The notes under the pieces were generated by a model. That model made no database searches. It was not told the DNA's origin and worked only from the letters and a program-made list of their open reading frames with translations. A DNA stretch of 64,000 bases, taken from contig CATNEN010000003.1 in NCBI GenBank assembly GCA_950097015.1, forward strand, positions 10,354,001-10,418,000. Reading direction: 5' to 3'. Made by a program: the position numbers and the translations under genes. This DNA is from Macrostomum hystrix (Eukaryota > Animalia > Platyhelminthes). Numbering within the stretch: the first letter of the stretch is position 1; each line of letters opens with the position of its first letter. This document shows, piece by piece, positions 1 to 10,882 of the stretch.

Positions 1-23
1 CTCTAACGTTTTCGTATCCGCAG

Positions 24-365
24 GTTCGCGAGCACGAGCTCTGGTACGTCGAATACAATCGTCTTCTACGCCAGAAGAAGGCCGCCATTGCCAAATGGCG
101 TGAGCAGAAAGCTGCCGCCGCTGCTGCCGAAGCCGCCGCCGCCGCCGAGCAGGCAGACGCGCCAGTTGACAGCGACGAAGAGGCCGAGCGTCAGCGCGTT
201 GAAAAACTGCGCCAACGCGCCGAAGCGGAACGTCGCGAGCGGGCCTCCAATTTAGGCGCCTGGCGGGCCGAGAAATCTGCTAGAGAGATGCGCGAAGCGA
301 AGGAAAAACTAAAAAAAGAGGCTGCCGCTGCGGAGCGCAAAGCTGAAGCTGAACGACAGAAACAG
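24..365 (+). CDS. CCDC112: CCDC112-like coiled-coil protein, internal (penultimate) exon; gene starts upstream of the window
   Basis: Acceptor ttcgtatccgcag| at 23 and donor aacag|gtaaa at 365; 342 bp open in phase 0. Reads VREHELWYVEYNRLLRQKKAAIAKWREQK, matching the recalled CCDC112 HExWY...KK.I..W segment, followed by E/R/K/A-rich coiled coil. Confidence 0.8.
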
Positions 366-394
366 GTAAAGAGATTCGTCTTCTTAGAAAATCT

Positions 395-1210
395 ACGCTA
401 AGTAACTTTATCTAACGTAAAACTTTGTCAGAGTAAGATTCTGAGTAACGTTTGATTCGTTTAAGTAACGTTTGAATGATACGCTCGTATTAGTAACGTT
501 TGAGTTGTTAATGTTTAAGAAACATAAATTGATGGGTCAGTTTAAGTCGTTAAAGTAGTGAAAAAATATAGTTCGTTCGGTAAAGTTCTATTTGTCTCAT
601 TAGAGTAACGTTTGACTGATAAAAGTAACGTTCAAGTAACGTCTGAGTCGCTGGAGTAACGCTTTAATCGTTAAAGTATATTTTGTCTTGTTTTAATTGT
701 TATAGTAAAGTCTCCGTCGTTAGATTATCTTTTAAGTCATTTATTATTACATTAGAATCGTAAAAGTAATGTCTAAGTCGCTAAAGTAACGTTATAATCT
801 TTAAAGTAACGTCTCTTTCTCTCGTAAGAGTAAAATTTGAGTCGTGTAAACTTTTAAGTCAGCAAAGGAACGATTTCGTCGGTAAATTAGCGAATAATTT
901 TAGTAACGGTTCAGTCGTTAGAATAACCATTGTCTCTTAAGAGTAACGTCTGAGTAACGTTTGTCTCGTAAGAGGGATATTTGATTCGTTGAAGACTTTT
1001 AAGTTTGAATGTCTTAAGTTGCCTGACAGTAACTTTCGAGGAGTTAAAAAACATTGAGTTTGTTAAAAAGTTCTTTAATTAGTTTGATAACGTTTGTCTC
1101 GTGAAAGTAACGTTTAAGTCAGTAAAGTAACGTTTTAGTTATTTTAGTAACGCTTAAGTCGTTAGCGCTCGAAGTCGTTAAAGTAACATTGAATCGTTAA
1201 CTAAACGTTT
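395..1210. repeat. Decayed minisatellite (aagtaacgtt core) filling the CCDC112 intron
   Basis: Many degenerate agtaacgtt/gtcgttaaag units. Confidence 0.6.
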
Positions 1211-1348
1211 GTAGTCATTGTCATCAGCAAAAGCAAATCTAGCTTGACAGCACCCTTATTCCAATCTACAAAATGTATGCAGGTCTTGCTATTCTTACTT
1301 AAAGTACATGACTTCGTAGATACTAAAACCGAGCCAATGCAAACCTAG

Positions 1349-1777
1349 GCCGAGCTGCGTCGTCAGGCTGACGAATTTCGCGCCCGCCGAGAGGCCGAAC
1401 GCGCCGAAGCTGCCGAAGAGGAATCTCGCCGCGCTGCCGAGGAGCGCGCCCGTCGGCGCTTGCAAATCGAAGCCGACTCTGGCCGGCTGCGCGAGCGCAA
1501 TCGTCAGATTGTTGACGAACGCCTGGCACGGCGGCAACAGCTGGCCGAACAGGAGGATGAGAAACAGCGTCGGCTGGCTTCGTTGAAGGCGGGCGTTGAG
1601 GTTCGGGCTATTCGCGATCCGGACCGGCTGCTGCAGCCGACCGCCGTCTGTCGGGAGCGTATGGCCGCCGTTGCTGACGACAGGCAGTCGGCTGCCTCTA
1701 GCGGCGGTCGGCCACTGACGGGTGCGGCCTCTATGCCTCATCGAGCCGTGCCTTCCTGGCGTCGGGGACTTTCCTGA
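1349..1777 (+). CDS. CCDC112: CCDC112-like protein, last coding exon
   Basis: Acceptor aaacctag| at 1348, phase 0, in frame with track ORF 1460..1777. C-terminus RDPDRLLQPT...MPHRAVPSWRRGLS* matches the recalled CCDC112 motif RDPxRLxxPT...PHRAxPxWRxG. Confidence 0.85.
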   Translation, partial: AELRRQADEFRARREAERAEAAEEESRRAAEERARRRLQIEADSGRLRERNRQIVDERLARRQQLAEQEDEKQRRLASLKAGVEVRAIRDPDRLLQPTAVCRERMAAVADDRQSAASSGGRPLTGAASMPHRAVPSWRRGLS

Positions 1778-1835
1778 TCGCAAACTGGATGTCTCCGACA
1801 TTCTGGGATACTCAATTAAAATCTATCAAATTTAT

Positions 1836-2090
1836 TCATCCCCAAATCCCATCTGTCATATTTCCAGATCCTCAAATCCCGTCTGTCAAATTTCCAGATC
1901 CTCAAATCCCGTCTGTCATATTTCCAGATCCTCAAATCCCGTCTGTCATATTTCCAGATCCTCAAATCCCGTCTGTCATATTCCTAGATGCTCAACTCCT
2001 ATATGTCATATTCCCCGATGCTCCAATCCCGTATTTAATATTCCAGGATCCTCAAATCCCAGCTTTCAAATCCTATCCGACTAAATCCCA
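1836..2090. repeat. 30-bp minisatellite atttccagatcctcaaatcccgtctgtcat (~8 copies)
   Basis: Direct tandem copies just after the CCDC112 stop. Confidence 0.9.
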
Positions 2091-2324
2091 AATCATTAAA
2101 TCGCTTCTGACATATTTCCAGATTTTCTAAAGTCTATATTCAAAACCAACCTAAACATTCGTGACATATTATTTTGCAATGTATGTTAATTGTTTAGCAA
2201 CTTTTAATATAAAATGTGCCTTTCAAATGTAGCAAAATATATTTAAGTAAGGCTGTAACTGTGTTGTTAAATCTCTTTGTAAAATATGTTAAGCTCATTT
2301 AAGAACTTTTTTGTTAGACTTGTT

Positions 2325-2757
2325 TAGAAACTGTTAGACTCCTTAGTAAACAGGTTGACACATGAAGAAACTGTTAGCCACATTAAGAAAACTGTCTATT
2401 GTTAGTATCTATTGACAGAAAACTTAAAGCTGTTAGACACGTTTTGAAAACTGTTAGACACATTAAGAAAACTGTTAGACACGTTTTGAAAACTGTTCGA
2501 CAAATTTAGAAAACTGTTAGACACGTTTTGAAAAACTGTTAGACACATTTAGAAACTGTTAGACACGTTTTGAAAACTGTTAGACACGTTTTGAAAACTG
2601 TTAGACACATTAAGAAAACTGTTAGACACGTTTTGAAAACTGTTCGACAAATTTAGAAAACTGTTAGACACGTTTTGAAAAACTGTTAGACACATTTAGA
2701 AACTGTTAGACACATTAAGAAAACTGTTAGACAGCGTTTTGAAAACTGTTAGACAAC
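2325..2757. repeat. ~21-22-bp minisatellite gaaaactgttagacac(gtttt/attta)
   Basis: Direct tandem copies. Confidence 0.9.
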
Positions 2758-2829
2758 TGGTAGATTCCATAAAAATCGGTTATATTAATCGAAATTAATC
2801 AGACACCCAGACTTCAAATATTGCTTAAC

Positions 2830-2853
2830 AAATATGCTACTAATATCTTTCAG
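2830..2853 (+). promoter_or_regulatory. 3' splice acceptor upstream of FAXDC2 ATG (candidate trans-splice site)
   Basis: Branch-like tactaat, then atctttcag|; the ATG follows after 26 nt. Confidence 0.5.
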
Positions 2854-2879
2854 CTAGGCTCCCTTGGCGTTCGAATTTA

Positions 2880-3472
2880 ATGGAATCGGCTCGCCAGAAA
2901 GCGGTTGCTATGGTACCGCCCAGACGCCAATGGATAGATTCGGCTCGGAAAACTGCGTTCGTGTTGGGCACATCGCTAATAGTGTTTGTAGCGGCTAGGA
3001 ACACGGCAACGGATTTGCTGCATCGGGTGTGGGGTGCCTCTGGAGATTATTGGCAGCGAGCTTTCGACCGCACTTACATTGCATTCGGTTCAGACGACTG
3101 CTCAGCTTGGCTAATTGGAACCTTGGTTATCACCGGCTTGGTCTATTGGCTATTTAATCTGCTATTAATGCTGTTGGATGTGTTTAATTGGCCCAGGTTT
3201 TTAATTCGCTACAAAGTTCAACCGGATAAAAATGTTCCAATTGATAAGAGAATGCTTGCTAAAGCTGTACTGCTGGTACTATTCAACGAGTTCGTAGTTG
3301 CTCCACCTTTCATGCTGCTCATGTTTGCGTTTTATCGTTGGCGTGGCGTTTCATTCAGCGGCGAATTGCCCACCTTCCAATGGGTGATCCTGGAGATTGC
3401 AGTGTTCTCCCTAGCCGAGGAAGTGTTCTTCTATTATTCGCATCGACTGCTGCATCATCCTAAGATTTATCG
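2880..3472 (+). CDS. FAXDC2: Fatty acid hydroxylase domain-containing protein 2 (sterol desaturase superfamily), coding exon 1
   Basis: ATG at 2880; WGASGDYWQ, RYKVQPDKN and EEVFFYYSHRLLH (first His box); TM segments; donor cg|gtgaga at 3472 (phase 2). Confidence 0.9.
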
Positions 3473-3484
3473 GTGAGACTATTG

Positions 3485-4655
3485 GCTATTGAGTCATTAG
3501 ATCATTGCCGTTTGACAATTGGGTCATTAGATCATTGCCGTTTGACAATTGGGTCATTAGATCATTGCCGTTTGACAATTGGGTCATTAGATCATTGCCG
3601 TTTGATTATTGCGTCATTAGAACATTGCCGTTTGATTATTGGGTCATTAGATCATTGCAGTTTGATTATTGGGTCATTAGATCATTGCCGTTTGACAATT
3701 GGGTCATTAGATCATTGCCGTTTGATTATTGGGTCATTAGAACATTGCCGTTTGATTATTGGGTCATTAGATCATTGCGTTTGATTATTGGGTCATTAGA
3801 TCATTGCCGTTTGATTATTGGGTCATTAGATCATTGCCGTTTGATAATTGCGTCATTAGATCATTGCCGTTTGATAATTGCGTCATTAGATCATTGCCGT
3901 TTGATAATTGCGTCATTAGATCATTGCCGTTTGATAATTGGGTCATTAGATCATTGCGTTTGATTATTGGGTCATTAGATCATTGCCGTTTGATAATTGC
4001 GTCATTAGATCATTGCCGTTTGATAATTGGGTCATTAGATCATTGCGTTTGATTATTGGGTCATTAGATCATTGCCGTTTGATAATTGCGTCATTAGATC
4101 ATTGCCGTTTGATAATTGGGTCATTAGATCATTGCGTTTGATTATTGGGTCATTAGATCATTGCCGTTTGACAATTGGGTCATTAGATCATTGCCGTTTG
4201 ATAATTGCGTCATTAGATCATTGCCGTTTGATAATTGGGTCATTAGATCATTGCGTTTGATTATTGGGTCATTAGATCATTGCCGTTTGACAATTGGGTC
4301 ATTAGATCATTGCCGTTTGATTACTGGGTCATTAGATCATTGCGTTTGATTATTGGGTCATTAGATCATTGCCGTTTGACAATTGGGTCATTAGATCATT
4401 GCCGGTTGATAATTGGGTCATTAGATCATTGCCGTTTGATAATTGCGTCATTAGATCATTGCCGTTTGATTATTGGGTCATTAGATCATTGCCGTTTGAC
4501 AATTGGGTCATTAGATCATTGCCGTTTGACAATTGGGTCATTAGATCATTGCCGTTTGACAATTGGGTCATTAGATCATTGCCGTTTGACAATTGGGTCA
4601 TTAGATCATTGCCGTTTGATTACTGGGTCATTAGATCATTGTCATTTGATTTTTG
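3485..4655. repeat. 30-bp minisatellite ttgggtcattagatcattgccgtttgacaa (~39 copies), FAXDC2 intron
   Basis: Direct tandem copies, with a 29-bp variant. Confidence 0.95.
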
Positions 4656-4710
4656 GGTGAAGTGATTTGATATATATGTCAGACTTAGATTTTCGTTGTA
4701 TCAGTTACCT

Positions 4711-5045
4711 TTAATAATAATTATAATAATTAATTACTACCTGCCCCAATTGGGTCAGATGTGCAGCCGACAGCACAGCCGCAGCTAATGCGCGGCGCAT
4801 CTGATGGCTGCGTACAGCTGTTCAGTCCATGGACTGGGGGGACGCCACGCCCACCTTCAACTATCCCAGCTAATGCTGGTCCCCATTTAACAGCTGGGTG
4901 AACTGAAGCAATGCAGAGTTAAGTGTCTTGCTAAAGGACACGAATTGTTCCAGTGGAGTCGGGAATCGAACCCCTGAACTTCAAGTCGTGAGTCCGACGC
5001 CCTAACCACTAGGCTACAACCTCTCACTAGGCTACAACCTCTCAT
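4711..5045 (-). mobile_element. tRNA-derived CORE-type SINE, full length, in the FAXDC2 intron
   Basis: On the - strand: A box tagcctagtgg, B box gttcgattcc, MIR/CORE-like segment gtgtcctttagcaagacacttaactctgcattgcttcagttcacccagctgttaaatggg, (ATT)n tail. An 8-bp direct repeat agttacct at 4703-4710 and 5046-5053 is the candidate TSD. Second copy at 9637. Confidence 0.85.
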
Positions 5046-5194
5046 AGTTACCTATGCAGAGGTGAGTAAGCTCTCTCACCAAGATTCCTGAACTCGAACC
5101 CGTGGCGACAGCAGTTCTGCAAATTTTATGTGCCAGTGTACACAGAACTTCGACAATATATCCAAGTCACATCTGCTTCTGTTACTTTCCACAG

Positions 5195-5681
5195 TTTCGT
5201 CCACAAGATTCATCACGAATGGACTGCACCAATCGGTATAATCTCATTGTATGCTCACCCGGTTGAGCACATCTTATCTAATCTCCTGCCGCCCTGTGTT
5301 GGGCCGCTAATCATGGGCTCGCATCTTGGTACTATCTGGCTATGGTTCTGCTTGGCTCTTGTCTCCACTTCCATAGCCCACTGCGGCTATCATTTTCCGT
5401 TGCTGCCATCGCCGGAGGCTCACGATTTTCATCATTTGAAATTTGTCAACAATTTCGGCGTACTCGGCATTCTGGACAGTTTGCACGGCACCGATAGACT
5501 GTTTAGAGCTAGCCGAGCTTATCAGAGACACTTTCTGCTGCTCAGCTGGGTACCTGTGCGCGACCTATATCCGGATAAGGATAAAAACAACGATAAGGCT
5601 CATTGCTCCAGTCGCTATGACGACGGCAAGGCTGGATTAGAAGAATCTTGCGGCTCATCGTCTAGCGGCTTAGAGGATTAA
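5195..5681 (+). CDS. FAXDC2: FAXDC2 coding exon 2 (spliced protein 359 aa)
   Basis: Acceptor actttccacag| at 5194, phase-compatible (CG|T = Arg). His boxes HKIHHEW, YAHPVEH, HCGYHFP, HDFHH; stop TAA 5679-5681. Confidence 0.92.
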
Positions 5682-5902
5682 CGGTTGAATGACCGGCGCT
5701 TAAACCGGCGGTCAAATATAGATCAAAATGAACGATGAACTAACTTTCAAACAAACGTTTAATCGGATAGAGCGGAAAATGGAAGCGCGTGTTCTGGTTT
5801 TTCCTTCCAATTGTACAGTAAAATCAGATTTTTATTTGTTTTTTTTTTAAATCCGTTTTGCAGATCTCAAATCTTGGAGTCTCGGTAGCAGACAATTTTT
5901 AT

Positions 5903-5908
5903 AATAAA
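5903..5908 (+). terminator. Putative polyadenylation signal AATAAA of FAXDC2
   Basis: Canonical hexamer ~220 nt after the stop codon. Confidence 0.4.
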
Positions 5909-5947
5909 TACATCTATGACCATAGACTAAATTAATTTGGACCAGAT

Positions 5948-6003
5948 GTACAGCCAGTGGAGCTGTCTAAATGCTGTGTACAGCTGTGTTTAGTCCATGG
6001 ACA
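5948..6003 (-). mobile_element. Degenerate fragment of the same SINE
   Basis: gctgtgtacagctgtgtttagtccatggac resembles gctgcgtacagctgttcagtccatggac at ~4807-4835. Confidence 0.4.
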
Positions 6004-6524
6004 TGTTTCTATCACAGCTCATTGTTAAGGAATGGTTAATTGGACTATTGTTGTTTTAATTTTTCTGCTTCTTAATCATTGTACTTACATAGGTAGGCTG
6101 ACACTGTCTAGCCGTGTTTTAGTTTTTGGCTTGCTTGTTTTAGCTTCTCTTTTTTAACGTGGCTCTATTGATAAATTGACATTTGTTGTAACAAAAACGA
6201 AAGTAGAAAAACAAAATTAAATAATTGCAACGCAAACTATAAATGTTTTTCTCTATTTGGCTTATCTCCTAGTTTAGTTTTTTAGAGCTGTGTTTTAGTT
6301 TTCTTATTGTGTCAGGCAATCTTTCGCAATTCTTCTCTAGATCTTTATTTTCAGTTTTTTAAGTTTTTTTTCCTTTTTATGGATCTAAAAATTAAGTGCT
6401 TAATACTTTTTTCAATTATCTATAAACTGACTATCAGTATGCCTGACTTCAAATTCGGCGTTCCTATCTGTTGTTTTTATTAATCATTGTCTCATCTTTG
6501 TCTGTCTCGTCTTTACTTATTTGG

Positions 6525-6850
6525 CCATTTTTAGCATCGTAAAGGTCTTTGTCAAGTTGTAGCTTGTATTTAAATATAATCTATTTTTAGGATTTTGGGG
6601 CCTTTGTCTACTCATTAGCTAAGAGCTATTATTAGCATGGTGGTGTCTTTGTCTACTCGTAGCTTGTATTCAACTAAGATCTATTTTTAGCATCAAAGGG
6701 TCTTTTTACAACAATGGCTTGTATTCAAAGTAGAGCTATTTTTAGAATCATGGTGTAATTGTCTACTGATAGCTTGACTTCAACTGAGATCTATTTTTAG
6801 CATCGTCGGGTATTAGCTAGGAGCTATTTTTAGCATCGTTAAGTCTTTGT
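6525..6850. repeat. Degenerate ~50-bp tandem repeat (gtctttgtctact..tagcttgtattcaactaagatctatttttagcat)
   Basis: About 6 diverged copies upstream of the SYF2 acceptor. Confidence 0.7.
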
Positions 6851-6869
6851 CCCGGGATCTCTTGAAGCA

Positions 6870-6898
6870 TTTTATTCTAAATTTTCAATTTTTTTCAG
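6870..6898 (+). promoter_or_regulatory. 3' splice acceptor upstream of SYF2 ATG (candidate trans-splice site)
   Basis: ttctaaattttcaatttttttcag|; the ATG at 6949 follows after 50 nt. Confidence 0.5.
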
Positions 6899-6948
6899 CA
6901 ACACAGCAGCAATTTTTTGTCTACTTAAAGTTTGAAAACACTTTGATA

Positions 6949-7032
6949 ATGTTCGCGCCAGCTTCAAAATCAACGACAGGAATGTCGAAGGAGGACAAGC
7001 TGAAAAAACTGAGAGAACTCGCCACCAAGAGG
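6949..7032 (+). CDS. SYF2: Pre-mRNA splicing factor SYF2, coding exon 1
   Basis: MFAPASKSTTGMSKEDKLKKLRELATKR, donor agg|gttagt, phase 0; the second ATG (MSKED) is an alternative start. Confidence 0.8.
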
Positions 7033-7126
7033 GTTAGTATTTTTCCTGTTATATAATCTCATATCCTACAACTTTCAGTTTTATACTAATAGAGGCTAAA
7101 AATTTAAACCCTGTCTTCAACTGCAG

Positions 7127-7252
7127 CAAGACGCCTGCAAGCAGAATCACCAGGAGGTGGTTGCCGAGGACAAGCGCAAAGCCCTGCCATCGAACTGGGA
7201 GCACAAACGACGCCGCCTAGAATGGGAAGAGAAGGACGATCAGTTTAAACAG
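7127..7252 (+). CDS. SYF2: SYF2 coding exon 2
   Basis: ctgcag| acceptor; QNHQEVVAEDKRKALPSNWEHKRRRLEWE matches the SYF2 N.QEV..ED.R..LP.NWE.K..R.EW motif; donor cag|gtaagc, phase 0. Confidence 0.93.
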
Positions 7253-7374
7253 GTAAGCTCACTGTTTGTTTTATTTATATACTCACCGTTTTACGCTACT
7301 GTGAGTAGACTAGCATGCATTTCAGAGTTTTTTTGCTATCACAATGTGGTTTTTCTATAACATAATTTGACATT

Positions 7375-8700
7375 TAACTCTTGTTCTTAAAGTGCCATTC
7401 TGACATCAAACTCCAGTTCTTAAAAGTGCCATTTTGACATCAAGCTCCAGTTCTTTAAAGTGCCATTTTGATATCAAACTTCAGTTCTTTAAAGTGCCAT
7501 TTTGACATCAAGCTCCAGTTCTTTAAAGTGCCATTTTGATATCAAACTCCAGTTCTTTAAAGTGCCATTTTGATATCAAACTCCAGTTCTTTAAAGTGCC
7601 ATTCTGACATCAAACTCCAGTTCTTTAAAGCGCCATTTTGATATCAAACTCCAGTTCTTTAAAGTGCCATTCTGACATCAAACTCCAGTTCTTTAAAGCG
7701 CCATTTTGACATCAAACTCCAGTTCTTTAAAGTGCCATTTTGACATCAAACTCCAGTTCTTTAAAGTGCCATTTTGATATCAAACTCCAGTTCTTTAAAG
7801 TGCCATTTTGACATCAAACTCCAGTTCTTTAAAGTGCCATTTTGATATCAAACTCCAGTTCTTTAAAGTGCCATTTTGACATCAAACTCCAGTTCTTTAA
7901 AGTGCCATTCTGACATCAAACTCCAGTTCTTTAAAGTGCCATTTTGACATCAAACTCCAGTTCTTTAAAGTGCCATTTTGACATCAAACTCCAGTTCTAT
8001 AAAGTGCCGTTTTGATATCAAACTCCAGTTCTTTAAAGTGCCATTTTGACATCAAACTCCAGTTCTTTAAAGTGCCATTTTGACATCAAACTCCAGTTCT
8101 GTAAAGTGCCATTTTGACATCAAACTCCAGTTCTGTAAAGTGCCATTTTGATATCAAACTCCAGTTCTTTAAAGTGCCATTTTGACATCAAACTCCAGTT
8201 CTTTAAAGTGCCATTTTGACATCAAACTCCAGTTCTGTAAAGTGCCATTTTGATATCAAACTCCAGTTCTTTAAAGTGCCATTTTGACATCAAACTCCAG
8301 TTCTTTAAAGTGCCATTTTGACATCAAACTCCAGTTCTGTAAAGTGCCATTTTGACATCAAACTCCAGTTCTTTAAAGTGCCATTTTGACATCAAACTCC
8401 AGTTCTGTAAAGTGCCATTTTGATATCAAACTCCAGTTCTTTAAAGTGCCATTTTGATATCAAACTCCAGTTCTTTAAAGTGCCATTTTGACATCAAACT
8501 CCAGTTCTGTAAAGTGCCATTTTGATATCAAACTCCAGTTCTTTAAAGTGCCATTTTGATATCAAACTCCAGTTCTTTAAAGTGCCATTTTGATATCAAA
8601 CTCCAGTTCTGTAAAGTGCCATTTTGACATCAAACTCCAGTTCTTTAAAGTGCCATTTTGATATCAAACTCCAGTTCTGTAAAGTGCCATTTTGACTTTT
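7375..8700. repeat. 34-bp minisatellite aaagtgccattttgacatcaaactccagttcttt (~39 copies), SYF2 intron 2
   Basis: Direct tandem copies. Confidence 0.95.
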
Positions 8701-9127
8701 GACTACATTTTAGTTTATCAAACTACGGCTACCAGAAATCCCGTATTCATAATCATTTTCCTTATAAGAAAAAGTACACAATATTTCATATTTTGATCAA
8801 TTAGATTCTGTCACTAACGCAAAAAATCAGAAACAGAAACAAACTAAATATTCTCCCAGGGGAATTATGCGACCTAAATGTACTTTTTTAGTCTGAAAAT
8901 TATTGACTGATCTAGTTACTTGTAGCATTGTAGTAATATACTTATTTACGAATAAGGAGGCTTGGTTTAAAATATGTCTTGAGCATTCTTACTAAAAAAT
9001 ATTACTATTTTCCCCTGTCCAGTGTGTCTGTTTTGACCAAAAAATTGTTATTAATGCTGATTGCACAATCAATCAATCAATCAGCGATTTTCGGGTTGCG
9101 GCTCGCCCATCTCCGGTTCAGTCTGTG

Positions 9128-9177
9128 CAGCTGCTGCTGCTGCTGCTGTTGCTGTTGCTGCTGTTGCTGCTGTTGCC
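9128..9177. repeat. (GCT/GTT)n trinucleotide repeat
   Basis: Seen directly. Confidence 0.85.
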
Positions 9178-9481
9178 GCTTTTCGGATTAGTTTATCAGC
9201 TTCCTAGCTCAACTAGTCCGGATCCCCCCATATATAATCAGTTTTTATTCGGCTCATTTGGTTCGGTTCGGTTCAGTTAATTTTAGCCATAATAATAATA
9301 AAAAGAATAATAATAGAAATGAGAAATAAATAAATCAGTTCATTTCTCATATCGCTATTCGGATTGAATATTTTGAGAGTTTAGTTCGGCTGATAAAGTG
9401 TCAGTTCTTAGCTTCATATTTCTATCTGATTTTATCGAGATAGTAGGAATAAAATATACTTATATGTAAATATGTATTGCT

Positions 9482-9636
9482 GTATTATTATTGTTATTAT
9501 TATTATTATGCTTATAATTATGCACATTATTATTGGTATTATTATTAATATTATTGTTATTGTTATTATAATTATTATTATTATTGTTGTTGTTATTATT
9601 TTTATTATTGTTATTAATATTATTATTATTTTTATT
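9482..9636. repeat. (ATT)n microsatellite
   Basis: Seen directly, abutting the SINE. Confidence 0.9.
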
Positions 9637-9959
9637 GTAAGTTGTAGCCTAGTGGTTAGGGCGTCGGACTCACGACTTGAAGGTCGGGGGTTCGATTCCC
9701 GACTCCACTGGAAAAATCTGCGCCCTTTAGCAAGACCCTTAACTCTGCATTGCTTCAGTTCACTCAGCTGTTAAATGGGTACCAGCATCAGCTGGGATAA
9801 TTGAAGGTGGGTGTGGCGTCAGGCGTCCCCCCAGTCCATGGACTGAACAGCCAGACGCAGCCTTCAGATGCGCCGCGCAATATAGCTGCGGCTGTGCTGT
9901 CGGCTGCACATCTGGCTTAATTTGGGACGAGTCTAATCAATTGTCATCATTATTATTAT
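9637..9959 (+). mobile_element. Second copy of the tRNA-derived CORE-type SINE, in SYF2 intron 2
   Basis: Highly similar to the reverse complement of 4711-5025 over ~300 bp; A/B boxes present; flanked by (ATT)n. Confidence 0.85.
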
Positions 9960-10399
9960 ACAAACTAGTTATTTTAGATATAATCAATGGCTGGTACAGT
10001 CAGAACAGCTTTTAGACGCGCCGCGCAATAAACAACACAATTATAGTTTATTTATGCATTTGTGTGCAGATTGAGTGTGTTTTCAACTGATAAGATTTTT
10101 TTTAACATAATTTATTGCGTTAAATTTTTCTTCAGTTCGCTACATAAAATATGCTTATTTCTTCCCTAGCGTGGTTCCATTATGATATTGAAACATTTTA
10201 AGAGATAGCAGATGAGAAAATGAAAAGTACAGAAATGAATAATGAATTATATTTGATACCCTTTTCAATTTGTTTTTCTTATAGGCCTATTCTTTGCAGA
10301 CCGCAGTGTTTTTCTGTCATTCAAATATGAATTTGCTTGCTTTTAGAAGCAGCGAGAGCTTCTTTGATTTAACTCTAATATAAACCAAAATAGGTCAGA

Positions 10400-10820
10400 G
10401 TTGACCCAATCTGACCTACCCAGACCCATTCCAACCTACCCAGATCCATTTCGACCTACTCTGACCCACCCTGACCCATTCTGACCCATTCTGACCTACC
10501 CTGACCCATTCTGACCCACCCTGACCCATTCTGACCTACCCTGACTCACTCTGACTCACTCTGACCAACAATGACCCATTCTAACCTACAATGACCCATT
10601 CTGACCTTCCCTGACCCATTCTGACCCACCCTGACCCATTCTGACCTACCCTGATCCATTCTGACCCACCCTGACCCATTCTGACCCGTTCTGACCCATT
10701 CTGACCCGTTCTGACCTACCCTGACTCACTCTGACCTACTCTGACTCACTCTAACTAACAATGACCCATTCTGACCCACTCTGACCCACCCTGACTCATT
10801 CTGACCTACTCTAACCCACT
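10400..10820. repeat. 10-bp minisatellite ctgacccatt/ctgacctacc (~42 copies)
   Basis: Exact 10-bp periodicity. Confidence 0.9.
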
Positions 10821-10882
10821 TCGCTTATAGGTCGAGTCTACTTTCTCATCTAATCACACGCTCCCTAATTTCCCAAACTCAG

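Noticed and set aside
1295-1801. - strand ORFs over CCDC112; also antisense/alternate-frame ORFs over FAXDC2, SYF2, the 4-TM gene and the 55.5-kb exon
   Set aside because: Shadow ORFs of GC-rich coding exons.
3473-4665. LRR-looking ORFs (IGSLDHCRLT)n
   Set aside because: Intronic 30-bp repeat of FAXDC2 with frame-breaking 29-bp units.
9641-9710. tRNA gene (Val-CAC-like), also at 4955-5025 on the - strand
   Set aside because: Acceptor and anticodon stems pair poorly, and the sequence continues into a shared SINE body.
8979-9774. Poly-Cys and poly-Ile ORFs
   Set aside because: Arise from (GCT)n and (ATT)n microsatellites plus SINE sequence in an intron.
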